Numbered from the stretch's first letter, positions 26,777 to 41,180 are shown. The stretch is 64,000 bases of DNA from Octopus vulgaris (GCA_951406725.2 OX597830.1:78554001-78618000); one strand, 5' to 3'. Numbers and translations: made by a program. The notes: a model not told the origin generated them from the letters alone.

Positions 26777-27277
26777 GTAGGAATGTATGTGTATTTATTT
26801 ATACGCTTGCCCATATGTGCACTTGCGTATGTGCAAGTGTGTGTGCGTGTGCCTGTCAGTCTATGCACGCGCGCTTGTGAGCGTGTTTCTGTGTGTTTTT
26901 GTCTGTATGTATTGATGATATGTTTAAGCGAGTCATGTGTAAATTATTTGCTTAAGCAACCTTTATTTCTTGTGTATCTTGTTAAACCAGTCGGATGCTG
27001 GACTTAATTTCCGTTGGTTGTTTGTTTTGCTAAGACACCGTTCTTGTAACACTATTTACTGAAGTCCGCTTGCTGGTCTTGTCTCTTTGTTTTCACTGTC
27101 AGGTGTAGGCTGAATGACAGTCCACTCACGACACAAGACGACTCAGTGTGCTTCCATACACCATTAAGGTCTCACCGGGGATGGAGCCGGTTAGGTAATT
27201 GGACGCCTGGCAGACGATAGATGCATCGTTCAAATCTCATTGCGGCTTGGAGTGTTGTCATAGGAGAATATCATTCG

Positions 27278-27480
27278 TCTTTTACTTGTTTCAATGTCAT
27301 TAGACTGCGGCCATACTGGAGCACTGCCTTGAAGTTTTAGTTGAATGAATCGACGCCAGTACTTACTTTTAAAGCTTGGCACTTATTCTTTGGCCCCTTT
27401 TACCGAACAGCTAAGATAGGAGAGGGGGCAAACGCATCAACACTTGTTGTCAAGCGGTGGTGTGGGGACAAACACAGATA
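27278..27480 (-). mobile_element. SINE family A, 3' half
   Basis: TTTTACTTGTTTCA..GACTGCGGCCATACTGGAGCAC...TTGTCAAGCGGTGGTGTGGGGACAAACAC. Confidence 0.75.
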
Positions 27481-27524
27481 CAAAGAGACGTGCACAGACA
27501 TACACACACACGCACACATATGCA

Positions 27525-27566
<42 letters not shown>

Positions 27567-27702
27567 TATATATATACATATACATATATGTATATACATT
27601 AGCGTCGTATTTATTACGTTCGCTATTTTCCAGTAAATATCGATGGTTCGTTGTGCCATTTATTTACTTTTATATGTGGATATATATATATATATATATA
27701 TA

Positions 27703-28180
27703 TCAGGCTGAGTAAAAAGTAAGCAACGTTTTGAAATTCATCACAATTTATTTCAACAATGCAGAAATTTTATTCATCAGTGTAATTTTATACATCAAAC
27801 ACATTTTTGCCAACGAGTTACAAGTTTGTTTATTTCGTTAACATAAAAATCTAGAATTCTGGAGTTGATGAACTCTTCGAGCGCACTTTCAGCATCGGTT
27901 TGATTTTTGAACTCCTTCTCTTGCAGGGAACCATGAAGGTGCTTGAAAGAGTGGTAGTCGGTAGGAGAAAGATCTGGGGAATAATGTGTGGGAGGAACTT
28001 CGTAGCCACATTCCCTCAACTTCTGGAGCGTCATTAGTGAAACGTGAGGTCAAGAATTGTCATGAAGTATGATTGACCTTCTGTTGACCAGTCTGGAACG
28101 GAGGAGTAGCAGTTTTTCGTTCATTTTGGCAATTTCATGGCAGTATATTTCTGCAGTAATGGGTTTTTAGAATTTATAGT
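27703..28180 (-). pseudogene. mariner transposase C-terminal remnant with TIR
   Basis: ILHDNS*PH, LRECGYEVPPTHYSPDLSPTDYHSFKHL, FYVNEINKLVTRWQKCV; TA followed by TCAGGCTGAGTAAAAAGTAAG at the end. Confidence 0.9.
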
Positions 28181-29614
28181 AGTGGATGAGTCCAACAGTA
28201 TACTACCAAACAATAACCATAACCTTCTTTTTGAAGACCTCGCCACAGAGATTCCCACCAAAACTACCAGCGTCACTACCAAACTAACTACACTGCCTCC
28301 AACCCCACAATCTCCATTTCGACCCAGCAAGAAGAACAAGCCTGCAACCACAAACCATCCCCATCACCATCACCACAACCACCAGCACCGCCACCACTAC
28401 CACCAGTACCAGTACTATTATCATCATCACAGTTATCATCACCATTATATCCCCTTCCCTCACTACCTTCCTTAGTACCAACGTCCACGACCATTACCAT
28501 TACCATGACAACCACCATACCAACAACCACCACCATCACCACCACAACCACCACCACCACTGTTATCACTATCAACTCCACCATCACCACCATCACCGTT
28601 ACCACAATCATCGCTATCACCCGGACAATTATCACCACCACGACCACCATCACAACCACTATAAACACCACAACCACTATAAACACCACAACCACTACCA
28701 CCATCACCATCTTCACATCCACTATCACCACCACCAATGAGCTCGTCAGCAACAGACATGATATGATTTCTCTAAGAATACGATCGACGGTTAACCTTTT
28801 TATGGTCATTCGGTAAGCAAGAAATAGCAGTCAAATTTCTCTCGTCTCATAATGTTACTGCTCTTTTCTTGAAAACATAGAGAATACAGTGAAACAAATG
28901 TAAATCTAGGCTATACATTGTGTCAGAAAGTGGGTTGTTGGAGATTATGACCTCTTTGGTAATAGGTTTGCTTGATCAGCACTGACCTGGGGTTAAATAA
29001 TAATAACAACAACAGCAACAAAAACAGAAACTGTTATTATTACAAGGCAATGAGGAAGGTACGGTGTAATTGTCTGACCTACTACAAATGCCCTAGTAAC
29101 ATTTAAAACAATATAGATAAGTGCTGTGAACTAGATATTCGTCCTTGCTGCGTACGTCGTAATAGGTAACGAATTGGTAAAATCGTTCGAAAATCGCATT
29201 AAATGCTTTAGCAGTATTCTACACTCCGTGTTCGCGTCCCACCGATGTTAACTATACAATATCATTTCCCTTTATTTTCCTGAGTTGATAAACAAAGTAC
29301 CCATCTAGGGTAAATGATTAAAATAATTATTAGATTGTCGAACCTGATTCTTTGTAGCTCTGTGCGTTCTGAGTAACGTTGAATCTTCAGTTCCCTCAAC
29401 TGGAAAGGGCGATACTTCTGTCAGGTGTAGGCAAATTAAGGAAGAGAAAGAAAACTCAGAAATTATACCAGACTGTCAGCTTTTAAACAGATATGTTGGG
29501 AAACAATCTAAAATCCAAACATGAAATAATAGTCAGTGATTAAGAAAACAAAATAATACGTGTATCGTAGTTTTTAAGTATTCATATATATATATATATG
29601 TATATGTATATGTA

Positions 29615-29684
<70 letters not shown>

Positions 29685-29866
29685 AATATATATATATATA
29701 CATATATATATATGTATATGTATTATGTATATAAATATATATATGTATGTATGTATGTGTGTGTGTATGATGACAAAAATAATAGTAATAATAGGGAATA
29801 TGATTCCAAACAGGGAAAAATTCAATTTAGTAATACTAAATCAAATTTCACAATATACAATACATG

Positions 29867-30039
29867 TATATAAATTAGAGAAGAACCACCATGAAGCAAT
29901 TCAACACTGATATATTTAAATCATACCATATTTAGTTCTAGGTAAATGTTTTATCGTATCTTTAAGTTTTTTCTACATGGTATGATTTAAGTACATCATT
30001 GTTGAATTGCTTCATGGTGGTTCTTCTCTAATTTATATA
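29867..30039. repeat. Inverted repeat, 63-bp arms with 47-bp spacer
   Basis: AAATTAGAGAAGAACCACCATGAAGCAATTCAACA.. vs ..TGTTGAATTGCTTCATGGTGGTTCTTCTCTAATTT; few mismatches; TA-rich flanks. Confidence 0.92.
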
Positions 30040-30244
30040 TATATGGATTGGATTGCCTATATTCAATCCACTGCAAGATGAAGGTCTCAGTATCTTCTCT
30101 TCTTCACCAACCACATTCTGATGTGTAGGCCACGAATTTAAGCTTGAGATCATACTGGTTTGATGACCCTACTCTGCCCCACTGACTCGACGTGGCTGGA
30201 CAGAAGGATGAAGGTTTTATTCTCTTAACCGGGAGTAGTTAAGT

Positions 30245-30550
30245 TAACTACATTGAACCCCAGTGCGTAACTGGTACTTATTTTATCGAACTCGTAAGGA
30301 TGAAACACAAAGTCCACTTCGGCGGAATTTGAACTCAGAACGTAACGACGGACGAAATACCTATTTGTTTACTAGCCAAAAGGGGCTACACACAGAGGGG
30401 ACAAACAAGGACAGACAAACGGATTAAGCCGATTATATCGACCCCAGTGCGTAACTGGTAGTTATTTAATCAACCCCGAAAGGATGAAAGGCAAAGTCGA
30501 CCTTGGCGGAATTTGAAATCAGAACGTAGCGGCAGACAAAATACTGCTAG
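30245..30550 (-). mobile_element. SINE family B dimer
   Basis: Two tandem GGCGGAATTTGAACTCAGAACGTA units; junction at ~30351-30373. Confidence 0.85.
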
Positions 30551-30554
30551 AAGT

Positions 30555-31333
30555 CACTTGATGCAACCCTCAGGCATCAGTCTGCCGGCCGACGTTGTCG
30601 AGTGAAGTTGTACTGTCACGTGGTGTGTCTTTACTTTGCAGTGTTTCTCCCCTGTTCGTCGATTTTTGCAACGGTTGAAACGAACCGTGCTTCCGTAAAA
30701 TTCTGTTTTCTGCTGGTGGAAACGACGGCTGAAACAGTTGTCATGCTTCAAGCAGCTTACAAGGACGCTGTGATGAGCAAAACATAAGTTTACAAGAGGT
30801 TTTCACGCTTTAAAAATGGTCGCTTGTCGCTTGAAGACCAACCTTGTTCAGGACGACCGTCGGCCTTCCAATCGAATGAAAACATGAAAATTCATGAACT
30901 GATCTTGTGGGACCACCGAACAATTGACGAACTTGTTGATATGACTGGTGTATCCTGGAGCTCTTGCCAACGAATTTTGAACGAGGAATTCCGAATGAAA
31001 AGAGTTGCAGCAAAATGTGTGCCTTGTTTGCTCACGGAAGATCAAAAGCAGTCACGACTGAACGCGCGTCGTGAATTGAAAGAACAGTTGTAAACTGATC
31101 TGGACCTTTCTTCGAACGTCTACACTAATGACGAAAGCTGGTGCTACGAAATCTGCAGATGCGGAAGACGTAAAAAAAAAATTGATGCACCAGCATGGCC
31201 ACAGCTATGAGCTGAAACTACAGAATTGCTTCAAATGGAGAATACTTTGAAGGCGATAAAAGTGTAAACATGTAAAACTAAGTGAATAAAATAATATTGC
31301 AAAATTCCCGTTTCTTTTGTGTACCCCCTGGTA
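30555..31333 (+). pseudogene. mariner element, internally deleted
   Basis: RASVKFCFLL..ETVVMLQAAYKDAVMSKT*VYKRFSRFKNG..EDQPCSGRP..KRVAAKCVPCLLTEDQK..TNDESWCY, then GEYFEGD; right TIR ..TTTTGTGTACCCCCTGG + TA. Confidence 0.9.
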
Positions 31334-31600
31334 CGTTAATATGCTTGGCTAGCGTGATCCTTCGTAGGAGTGTGTATCCATGGAAATAGATGCCCTTGAT
31401 ATACGTGTTTCCCTGTCAGCTTGTCTGTCTGTCGGCTTGTCTGTCTGTCAGCTTGTCTGTCTCTCCGTCTTTATGTCAGCTTGTCTGTCTGTTAATGTAT
31501 GTATGCCATTGTGTCTGTGTCATTCCTGCCGTAGTTGACACAAGCCTACGTACCTATTCCCTACATTCGTTTATTCTGTCATATAGAATAAACCCTCAAA

Positions 31601-31665
<65 letters not shown>

Positions 31666-32041
31666 TTCTCTCTCTATCTCTCTTTCTTTCTTTCATTCTG
31701 TGTGTCTGTGAGAAGCGTGGTTACACGAGAACAGCGACCTAAAGTTCAGGTGTGTCAAAGAAAATAACCATGTCTTCATGTACAGGTGACATTTAACCAA
31801 TCACCTTACCTCCACGACATTCATTTCAACTAGAATTACGTACACAATCAAAGTAGACAGCATTCGGCATCTCTCTCTTCTTTACTTTCCATCCCCTCCC
31901 CCCTCTCTCTCTCTCTCTCTTTCTCTCACTCACACACTCTATGCATACTTAAGTACATTTATATATTGTATGCATATATTATTTGTGTGTGTGTGCGTGT
32001 ATGATTACGTACTTACGAAGATTTTAGATGTATGAGTGTGC

Positions 32042-32109
<68 letters not shown>

Positions 32110-32137
32110 ATGTATATATAGATAGGTAGATGGATTG

Positions 32138-32206
<69 letters not shown>

Positions 32207-32708
32207 TATGTGTGTTTGTGTGTGTGTATGTACCTATATATACATCGTGCGATGGGTAAATTGTCACCATTTTCTATTTTTAATCTTGCGCATGCGCACT
32301 GTTTGTTTTTGATTTTGTCAACTACACAGTATAGTAGGGTCAGTTTGGCATCGTCTGTGAGAAAAACACTACCATGACGCAATTCACTCCGCCAGAAATT
32401 TGGAAGCGACATGCTGTACTGCTTAGCATTCGCGCCGGAAGCTCCAATACGAACATTTCAGAGTGTTAATCTGAGGACAGTACAATCTGAAGACATGTAC
32501 GGGAGTGATAAAAATAGAAAAAACATGCCCAAGGTGCCACGCAATGGGATTGAACCCAGAACCGTGTGGTTGGTAAGCAAGCTACTTACCACTCAGCCAC
32601 ACACACACACATATATATATGTATGTATGTATATATTTATATGCATGTACATATATATGTATATATATATGTGTGTGTGCGTATGTATGTGCGTGTGTGT
32701 GTATGTGT

Positions 32709-32756
<48 letters not shown>

Positions 32757-32856
32757 GTTTGTATGTATGTATATGTTTTCCGGCATTGATTTCTCTCTAA
32801 GTATGTCTCATGTATGTTCGCTTGAGCGTGAATATTCTCAAATTTAGCAAACACTA

Positions 32857-32889
<33 letters not shown>

Positions 32890-32996
32890 CACACACATAC
32901 ATACATACACATACACTTACACACACTCATATAAACACACACATGCACACATATACATGCATAAACACACACATGCACACATATACATGCATGCAC

Positions 32997-33035
<39 letters not shown>

Positions 33036-33301
33036 CACACACATATATGACATTTGCGCAGGTGCTCGCTGAATGAAAACATATTTATGCACACACGCGT
33101 ATACACGCGTACGTACAACTCAGTAACCACACGCATTCACGCACATATCCATACTGTCTCACACGCATACATACCCACACACTTACCTACACACACATAG
33201 CCACATAAATCCGTACTGTATTGATGGTCATTTCTCTCTCGCTTGTGATATTTTCTTGCCGTTTGCGTGGTTGTATGTATGTGGTAGATGTCTGCGTGCT
33301 T

Positions 33302-33332
<31 letters not shown>

Positions 33333-33904
33333 CGTGTGTGTGTGTGGACAGGGTACGTCTCTACCGTGTACAATGGCCACCACTTAAAGACAGCTGCTTG
33401 AACGACATATTGTTGACAGAGACGCGGGTAGTGGAGTGAGGGTTGTGGTGGCGGTGATGGTAGTCGTTGGGTGTCCTGTTATTTAATGCATTTTCTACAC
33501 ACTCACTCTGTCATTTAGATAGATAGATAGATAGATACATACATACATACATACATACATACATACATACAAACATACATACATACATACATACATACAT
33601 ACAAACATACATACATACATACATACATACATACATACATACATACATACATACACACACACATACATACATACATACATACACACACACACATACATAC
33701 ATACAAACATACATACATACATACATACATACATACATACATACAAACATACATACATACATACATGCATACATACATACATACATACATACATACATAC
33801 ATACATACAAACATACATACATACATACATACATACATACATACATTCATACATACATACATACATACATACATACATACATACATACATACATACATAC
33901 ATAC

Positions 33905-34215
33905 ATCTCTTTTATCTTTGTCCGATTAAAAACCTTGAAGGTGGTACTCCAGCATGGCCGCAGTCAAATTACTGAAACAAGTAAAAGAAGAATAGAATAT
34001 ACAGACACACAGACACACATATTCTTTCATTCTTTTACTTGTTTCAGTTATTTGGTAGCGGCTATGCTGGGGCACCGCCTTGAAGAATTATTGTTGAATG
34101 ACTCGACCCCAATACCTTTTATTTATTCTGTCAGTGTATTTTGCCGAACCGTTAAGCTACGGAGGCGTAAACACACCAACACGGGTTGTCAAGCGGCGGT
34201 GGTCGGACAAACACA
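33905..34215. mobile_element. Two SINE family A 3' halves, tail to tail
   Basis: Plus-strand tail 33935-33995 and minus-strand tail 34025-34215. Confidence 0.75.
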
Positions 34216-34345
34216 GACACGTAGTCGCGCACATTGGTGTGTGTGTGTGTGTGTGTGTATTCCAAAATCTAAGTACACGTGGACTGTAGGCGAACTTTTC
34301 CTCCTTATTCCTTTTTCTTTTATCTTGGACTTTTCTATGTCTCCT

Positions 34346-34381
34346 GTTTCCGAAGAAGAGCTTTTCTCGAAACGTAAAAAC
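34346..34381 (+). ncRNA. Minimal hammerhead-like motif in short repeat family H (~34260-34480)
   Basis: GTTT-CCGAAGA-A-GAG..CTC-GAAA-CG-TA-AAAAC; the host repeat is homologous to 37730-38165 (minus). Confidence 0.5.
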
Positions 34382-35760
34382 AACCACTCTTGCTTTCCTT
34401 GTCTGAGTGTCTTATTAAAACTTTGCATGTACCACTGCCACGTACACGCGTTGTTGTCTTTTTCTTGTCATTTTTCGCCATTTTAGCCTCCGTATACTAA
34501 ATTCATTCACCTCTTTAATTGATGATTACACCATTCCAATCATTCTTATTGTGCCAGCATAATTGGATACAGAAAAAGATATAAATTATCAATTAAATTC
34601 ATATATCCGAAAATATATACTAACACAGCCTTATCAATGCTTAGACTTATTTATCCCTTTTTTTCTTATTATGTATATATATATATACCTTCGAAACGCG
34701 GAGTAGATGAAACAGGGACAACTGAAGAAGCGGAATATTCTTTATGTTGTATGTCTCGTTTCTATGTTTTTGTTTTTATATTTTCGTTTCTCATTGTGTT
34801 CAACGTTTTCTTTTTTGATGTCCTGTACCCATATATGCATATATTATTTATATTATTATTATACGATCAAATGCCACGCATCCTTTTCCAAGTATATATA
34901 TATATATATATATATATATGCAGTTCACTGTTCCGTTAAGGTAGGATCGACAAAATGTATTATATGAGAGCTACTTATAGTTTCATGCTACTAGGGCACG
35001 CACTTAAACAAGGTTTTATAACGTGCCTTGTGTCTCCAAGCATCCTTCAGGCTCTGAACACACGGTTTGTTCTGATTGAAAATTAGGACTCTAGTGTATG
35101 AGAAACCACGAGTAAAAACGAGAAGGATGTTGATGCAAAAACAAAAACAAGTGTAATGAAAAGAAAAAGGGTACATGAACGGAAAAGAAAGAGAAGAAAA
35201 AAAAACGAAAGTTAGAGATACTTTGACTGTAAAAGTTTATAATTAAACAAGTTGTAGAATAATTCAACGGAGAGTGGTACAAAGTCTTCAAGGACAGCTG
35301 CCTAGTCTCGATTGAGCAACTGTCTCGCAATCACCTACTTTAATTGATCTGCTCTGCGAACTTTGCATACACAATTCAGACAATTGTGAATGTAGTTAGT
35401 TAGTTAGTTAGTTAGTTAGTTAATTTGGCTCAAAAGCAAATAGCAAGGCCATGTAGGGGGACATGTATAAAATCAGCTTGTTTTTTTTTTTTTTTTTGAC
35501 ATATAAGTCCTACCTAAATATGGACGAGAACCTAATGAAGAGAGTACTAAACGAGCTTTAAAACTAAGAAGAGAAGTGAGCATCGGCTGAAGTGGTGATA
35601 GAGTGTGATCACTAAGAAACCCTCAGTCAATAGTAATTGGGGAAAACCACACTAATGTGTCAGAAGTGAAGGAACAGCTCCTCAGAGAGCATCAAAATCG
35701 CTCAAGATTTGGCTAAAGCCAGGGATGCATATTTCAGGCCTTGTGCCTTTAGTAGAAAGG

Positions 35761-35799
<39 letters not shown>

Positions 35800-35804
35800 C
35801 TACT

Positions 35805-35970
35805 AAAGGCACTTTCTACTATAGACATGTTCTACTATACGCACAAGGCCTGAAACAATGAAACAATGAAAGGCAAAGTCGACCTCGGTGGTATTTGAAC
35901 TGAGAACGTATGGACGGACGAAATGCGGCAAAGCATTTTGTCCGGCGTGCTAACAATTCTGCCAGCTCGA
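35805..35970 (-). mobile_element. SINE family B, internally deleted
   Basis: GAAAGGCAAAGTCGACCTCGGTGGTATTTGAAC...CGTGCTAACAATTCTGCCAGCTCG. Confidence 0.8.
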
Positions 35971-36201
35971 ATAATAACAACAATAATAAAATGATGGGGA
36001 GGAGAAGGTGGTGATGAAGATGCTGATCATGATTGTCAGGGTATTTATGCTGCTGACTATGATTTACTCATATTTTTTACTAGTGTTGTTGCCATTGACA
36101 TTCCTGCTGCCTTTTCAAGTGACATGATATACACATATTCATCATGCATACACACGCATACATACGCATACACACCCACACATACACTCACACAAATACA
36201 C

Positions 36202-36273
<72 letters not shown>

Positions 36274-36308
36274 CTGTATCTATCTATCTGTATATATATA
36301 TAAATATG

Positions 36309-36341
<33 letters not shown>

Positions 36342-36400
36342 ACGTGCGCGCGCATGTAACTGTTTCGAGGTGTAAAAAACTTTATACATTTGTGCGCGAA

Positions 36401-36437
<37 letters not shown>

Positions 36438-36615
36438 ACACACACACACACACCATATGTATATATTCATTTATGAATACATACATAAATATAGATGTGT
36501 ACCGATATATATATATATATTATATTATTTGTTGATATCTATACATGCATCTCTCAGTATATATTTATTTTTATATACACGCATATACATACACGCACAC
36601 TCATATATATATATT

Positions 36616-36707
<92 letters not shown>

Positions 36708-36761
36708 TGTGCGTGTATATATATATATATACATACACGCACACTCATATATATATATATT

Positions 36762-36833
<72 letters not shown>

Positions 36834-37226
36834 CATAAAAATATATACACACATATAAAATATATATGTATATAATATATCCATGCATATTGATGTAATG
36901 TCCGTTCACTTATACATCATTATTGTCGACTGTCATCAGAAAAATTCAATAAAGCTAAACTTTAATATATTTACATAATTTTTCACTCTGCTCTTGTCCA
37001 AAACTCTTCCATCATAAAGACTTGACGTGGTCCGATTGTAATGGTGTTGTGTGTACTACCCCTTCTTTCTCACCGAAAATATGAAACGCACACACAAGCA
37101 CACACACACACACACACACACATACACACACAAACAAACACGCTAACATTTGCTTCATGTCTCCATCCCTGTATATATCACTTTCTCACTTTCTCCTCCT
37201 TGCGAGTGTTTGTATACTGTAAGGGG

Positions 37227-37288
<62 letters not shown>

Positions 37289-37347
37289 TGTGTGTGCATG
37301 CGTGCGTGTGTGTGTCTAAATAAGTCTTTGTCTATACATACACATGC

Positions 37348-37417
<70 letters not shown>

Positions 37418-37800
37418 TATATATAGATACATACATACATACATACACATATATGTATATATGCTTTGGTACATGCATACATACGTGCGCGCGTGTGTAG
37501 AGAAATGTACGCACCTTCATAAATATGCATGTGTATTTGAGTAGATGACTAAATTGCTTGCTTCATTAAAATCCAATCAACTATGTAAACTACAATATTA
37601 AACCAGGGAAAACTAACCACATGTGCTTGTGCATGTGTGTCTATATGTCTACATGCATACCGACACACACGTGTATTTACATATATATATATACATACAT
37701 ACATGCATACATAGTTAATCTAAAAGAAAGCGATAAACAAACAGAAGAAAAAACAACAACGCGAGGACGTGGTACATGCAAAGTATTAGTAGATACTCAG

Positions 37801-38030
37801 GCGGCGAGCTGGCAGAAACGTTAGCACGCCGGGCGAAATGCGTAGCTGTATTTCGTCTGCCGTTACGCTCTGAGTTCAAATTCCGCCGAGGTCGACTTCG
37901 CCTTTCATCCTTTCGGGGTCGATTAAATAAGTACCAGTTGCACACTGGAGTCGATATAATCGACTTAATCCGTTTGTCTGTCCTTGTTTGTCCTCTCTGT
38001 GTTTAGCCCCTTGTGGGCAGTAAAGAAATA
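37801..38030 (+). mobile_element. SINE family B (tRNA head + MetaSINE-like central domain), full length
   Basis: GGCGGCGAGCTGGCAGAA..GAGTTCAAATTCC..GCCTTTCATCCTTTCGGGGTCGAT..AAGTACCAG; 17-bp TSD TATTAGTAGAYRCTCAG (37784-37800 / 38031-38047); inserted into a family H repeat. Confidence 0.9.
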
Positions 38031-38063
38031 TATTAGTAGACGCTCAGGGAAGGAAAGAAAGGT

Positions 38064-38100
38064 AGTTTTACGTTTCGAGCAAAGCCCTTCATTAAGAACA
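38064..38100 (-). ncRNA. Minimal hammerhead-like motif, degenerate (family H)
   Basis: Minus strand: GTTC-TTAATGA-A-GGGC TTT GCTC-GAAA-CG-TA-AAAC. Confidence 0.4.
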
Positions 38101-38162
38101 GGAGACGGTGGAAAGTCCAAGAGAAAAGGAAGACGGAGGAAAAAAATCGCCAACGATCGACA

Positions 38163-38211
<49 letters not shown>

Positions 38212-38249
38212 GTATGTATGTGCGTATACATATATAAACGATAAACGTC

Positions 38250-38495
38250 ACCCTTTTCAAGCCTAGCCAGGCTCCTGGGCCCGGTTTCTCGGTTTTTATG
38301 GCGTATGTGTTCCCCCCAGCTGGACGAGACACCAGTCTATCGCAGCGTTATTCATTTTTGCCAGCTGAGTTGACTGAAGCAATGTGAAATGAAGTGTTTT
38401 GCTCAAGAACAAAACGCGTCGCCCGGTCCAGGAATAGAAACCACAATCTTACGATCATGGTGCTGACACCCTAACCACTAAGCCACGCGCCTCCG
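38250..38495 (-). mobile_element. SINE family C, full length
   Basis: Minus strand: GGCGCGTGGCTTAGTGGTTAGGGTG..GGTTTCTATTCC..CTCAGCTGGCAAAAATGAATAACGCTGCGATAGACTGG; homologous to 48008-48251. Confidence 0.85.
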
Positions 38496-38990
38496 CATTT
38501 ATACATATATATATGTGTGTGTGTGTGTGTGTATGTATATTGTATTTCTTTCGGGTTTATTCAAGTTGTTTTTTTATCATTGCAGAACTCAAGCCGGCTG
38601 TTAATAAAGGGTCAAGGCTCTTTTGTTTAAACCCAGGCAGCACTCGAATCTTGCCGATATAAGAATTGATTGGTGTATTCAAATATGTCTGTATGTACGT
38701 CTGTGTGTGTATGTATTTGTGTGTGTGTATTTGTGTGTCTAACTGTGTGCGTGTGTCAGTGTGCAGTTAAAGTTGTGTTCCTTCAGTGGATGTGCATGTC
38801 AGCATAGCTTACAAGTGTGGGTGGTCAATTCACTGTTAGTGTCCATGTGTATGTCTTCTATATTTGCAAGTAATTTTTAAGTTCTTTGATCAAGGAACCT
38901 GAAATGGAGAAACTTGGAATGCTTGATAAATTTTCACTGTACCAATTAATCCATTATATTTGGAGAGAATATGAATCCGTTTACTTCAAA

Positions 38991-39055
<65 letters not shown>

Positions 39056-39210
39056 TGTATGTATGTATGTATTACTTATATTATTATTTAATTGTGCGAA
39101 AAGCATCCATTTCCAAGTAAGTTTATCTTAACCTTTTTGATGCGCCTGTACACTATTCTGTTTTCTCCTCATCCTCTTCTAATTCCCTTTTTCTCCCCTT
39201 CACCGTTTTA

Positions 39211-39242
<32 letters not shown>

Positions 39243-39540
39243 CGCTTCCTTCTCTTTTTCTCTCTCTCGCTGCTCACTCGTGACCATCATTCCATCTTTC
39301 TTTCCTTCACATGATCTGCACGACATTCTAAGGACTAGACGTCTTCTATCTCTCTCTTCTATCTTTTCTCTTTTCAAAGAAAATATTTCTCCCAGCGTCC
39401 ACTATTTTCCTCTCGTTCTAGGCTAACATCCATCCATGTTTGTCTTCGTTCGGTTTTCCTTGTATGTCTCCACTGTCCTGTTTTTTCCCAGCTTTGACCC
39501 ATCATAAATACAAAATTGTATTTTGGAATTTATGAATCCA

Positions 39541-39600
39541 ACTGTCTTTCGAAGACACATATCGTCGTTGAATCCTCGAAATGAGGAGTAGATAGACAGT
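39541..39600 (+). ncRNA. Decayed type I hammerhead-like motif in a repeat shared with 34688-34840
   Basis: ACTGTCTTTC / GATAGACAGT pair 9/10, enclosing GAAGA...CCTC-GAAA-TGAGGAG-TA; core incomplete. Confidence 0.35.
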
Positions 39601-39747
39601 CGACAACTGACGAAGAGTCATTCTTTGTGTTCTTTTTTTACTTCTCCTGTTTTTCATTTTTTTCTCTCGTTGTTTGCGTATTTAACTCGTTTGTTTTCGT
39701 ACTTCATGTTGTTTACACAGTTGGTGACGACCTGTACTCATATATGC

Positions 39748-39874
<127 letters not shown>

Positions 39875-41054
39875 TCCATGTGCATGTGTGTGTACACTTC
39901 TAATAATATGGAGACTACTACAACATTCAAACACTTTGCATTCAGAACGCGTACCTACGACAGCAATGTGTTATCACAATGCTCTTAAATCATACAACGT
40001 CGCATAACATGATGGAAAAGTTTATAACAAAACATTATTAAACTATACACAAAATGTTTTGATAGACAAAAGTCTATCACAATATTTTGCCTTCACCGAT
40101 GAATGCAATAAAAATAGTGCAATGTGACAGCGCCAAAAAGAAGATATATGTAGCATATAAACCACTCACAAAACCCTGTGATTTTCAGTGATTAAAGATG
40201 ACAACCATTAAGCAGAATATAAGCAAAATGCGGTTATATTGTTAACGGCTATCATACCGATCTTGTTTTGCTATGAAGTAATAACAACACGCACCACGAT
40301 CAAACTTTTTATCCAGTATCTGTTAGACTACGAAAGTCTACTAAAATCATTAACGACTGGCAAGACCCGTGAATATTTCACGAAATAATAGTACGCCAAT
40401 TGGGTTATTCCTGAAAATTTTATCCAAAAACCCTGAAAATGTAACCTGTATTGTGTCTGTATCATCTGCAATTCATTGAAAAATGAAGGAAGTTGGAATA
40501 CGATGTTTACTTAATGCACTTTATAGATATATATACTTTATACACTTTAAGCACAATTTTGTAGTCTTAATACGGATCGCTCATAAAATATATATTCACT
40601 CTTATCGTTCCATTTTCTCATAAACAGAAAAAATTATATTTTAAAATTACATGGTCACAATTTCATATCTACATATCAAAAATTTTATAATGGAGAAAAT
40701 ATTTTATATGTAAATATAAGGGTCACAATGTCACGGGGGTAAAAATTTAATGCAACATGGCATACTCTGAAAACCATATCGTTGGTAACTTACAAGCCAA
40801 GGCGATGGGTCAGAGCCAATATACATTTTTAGGTGATGTAAAAATACTTAGTTCAATTAAAAATAAAATTACTGTGCACTATGCACTCACCATCACCACC
40901 ATCACCACCACCACCACCACCGCTATGAACTCTCTCTCTCTCTCTCTCCCTCTCTTTTTCTGTATCTCTCTCTCTCTCTGTGCTTTTCTTTAATCTCACT
41001 ATCAGAACATCACCCCTCTGCTAAATTAATATTCCTAACTCTCTTCTATATCTT

Positions 41055-41127
<73 letters not shown>

Positions 41128-41139
41128 ATATATCCTCTT

Positions 41140-41179
<40 letters not shown>

Positions 41180-41180
<1 letters not shown>

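Noticed and set aside
35490-35720. Possible LINE coding remnant
   Set aside because: No motif I can identify with confidence.
39950-40880. Long AT-rich, microsatellite-free stretch
   Set aside because: No ORF, terminal repeats or motif cluster I can support; left unannotated.
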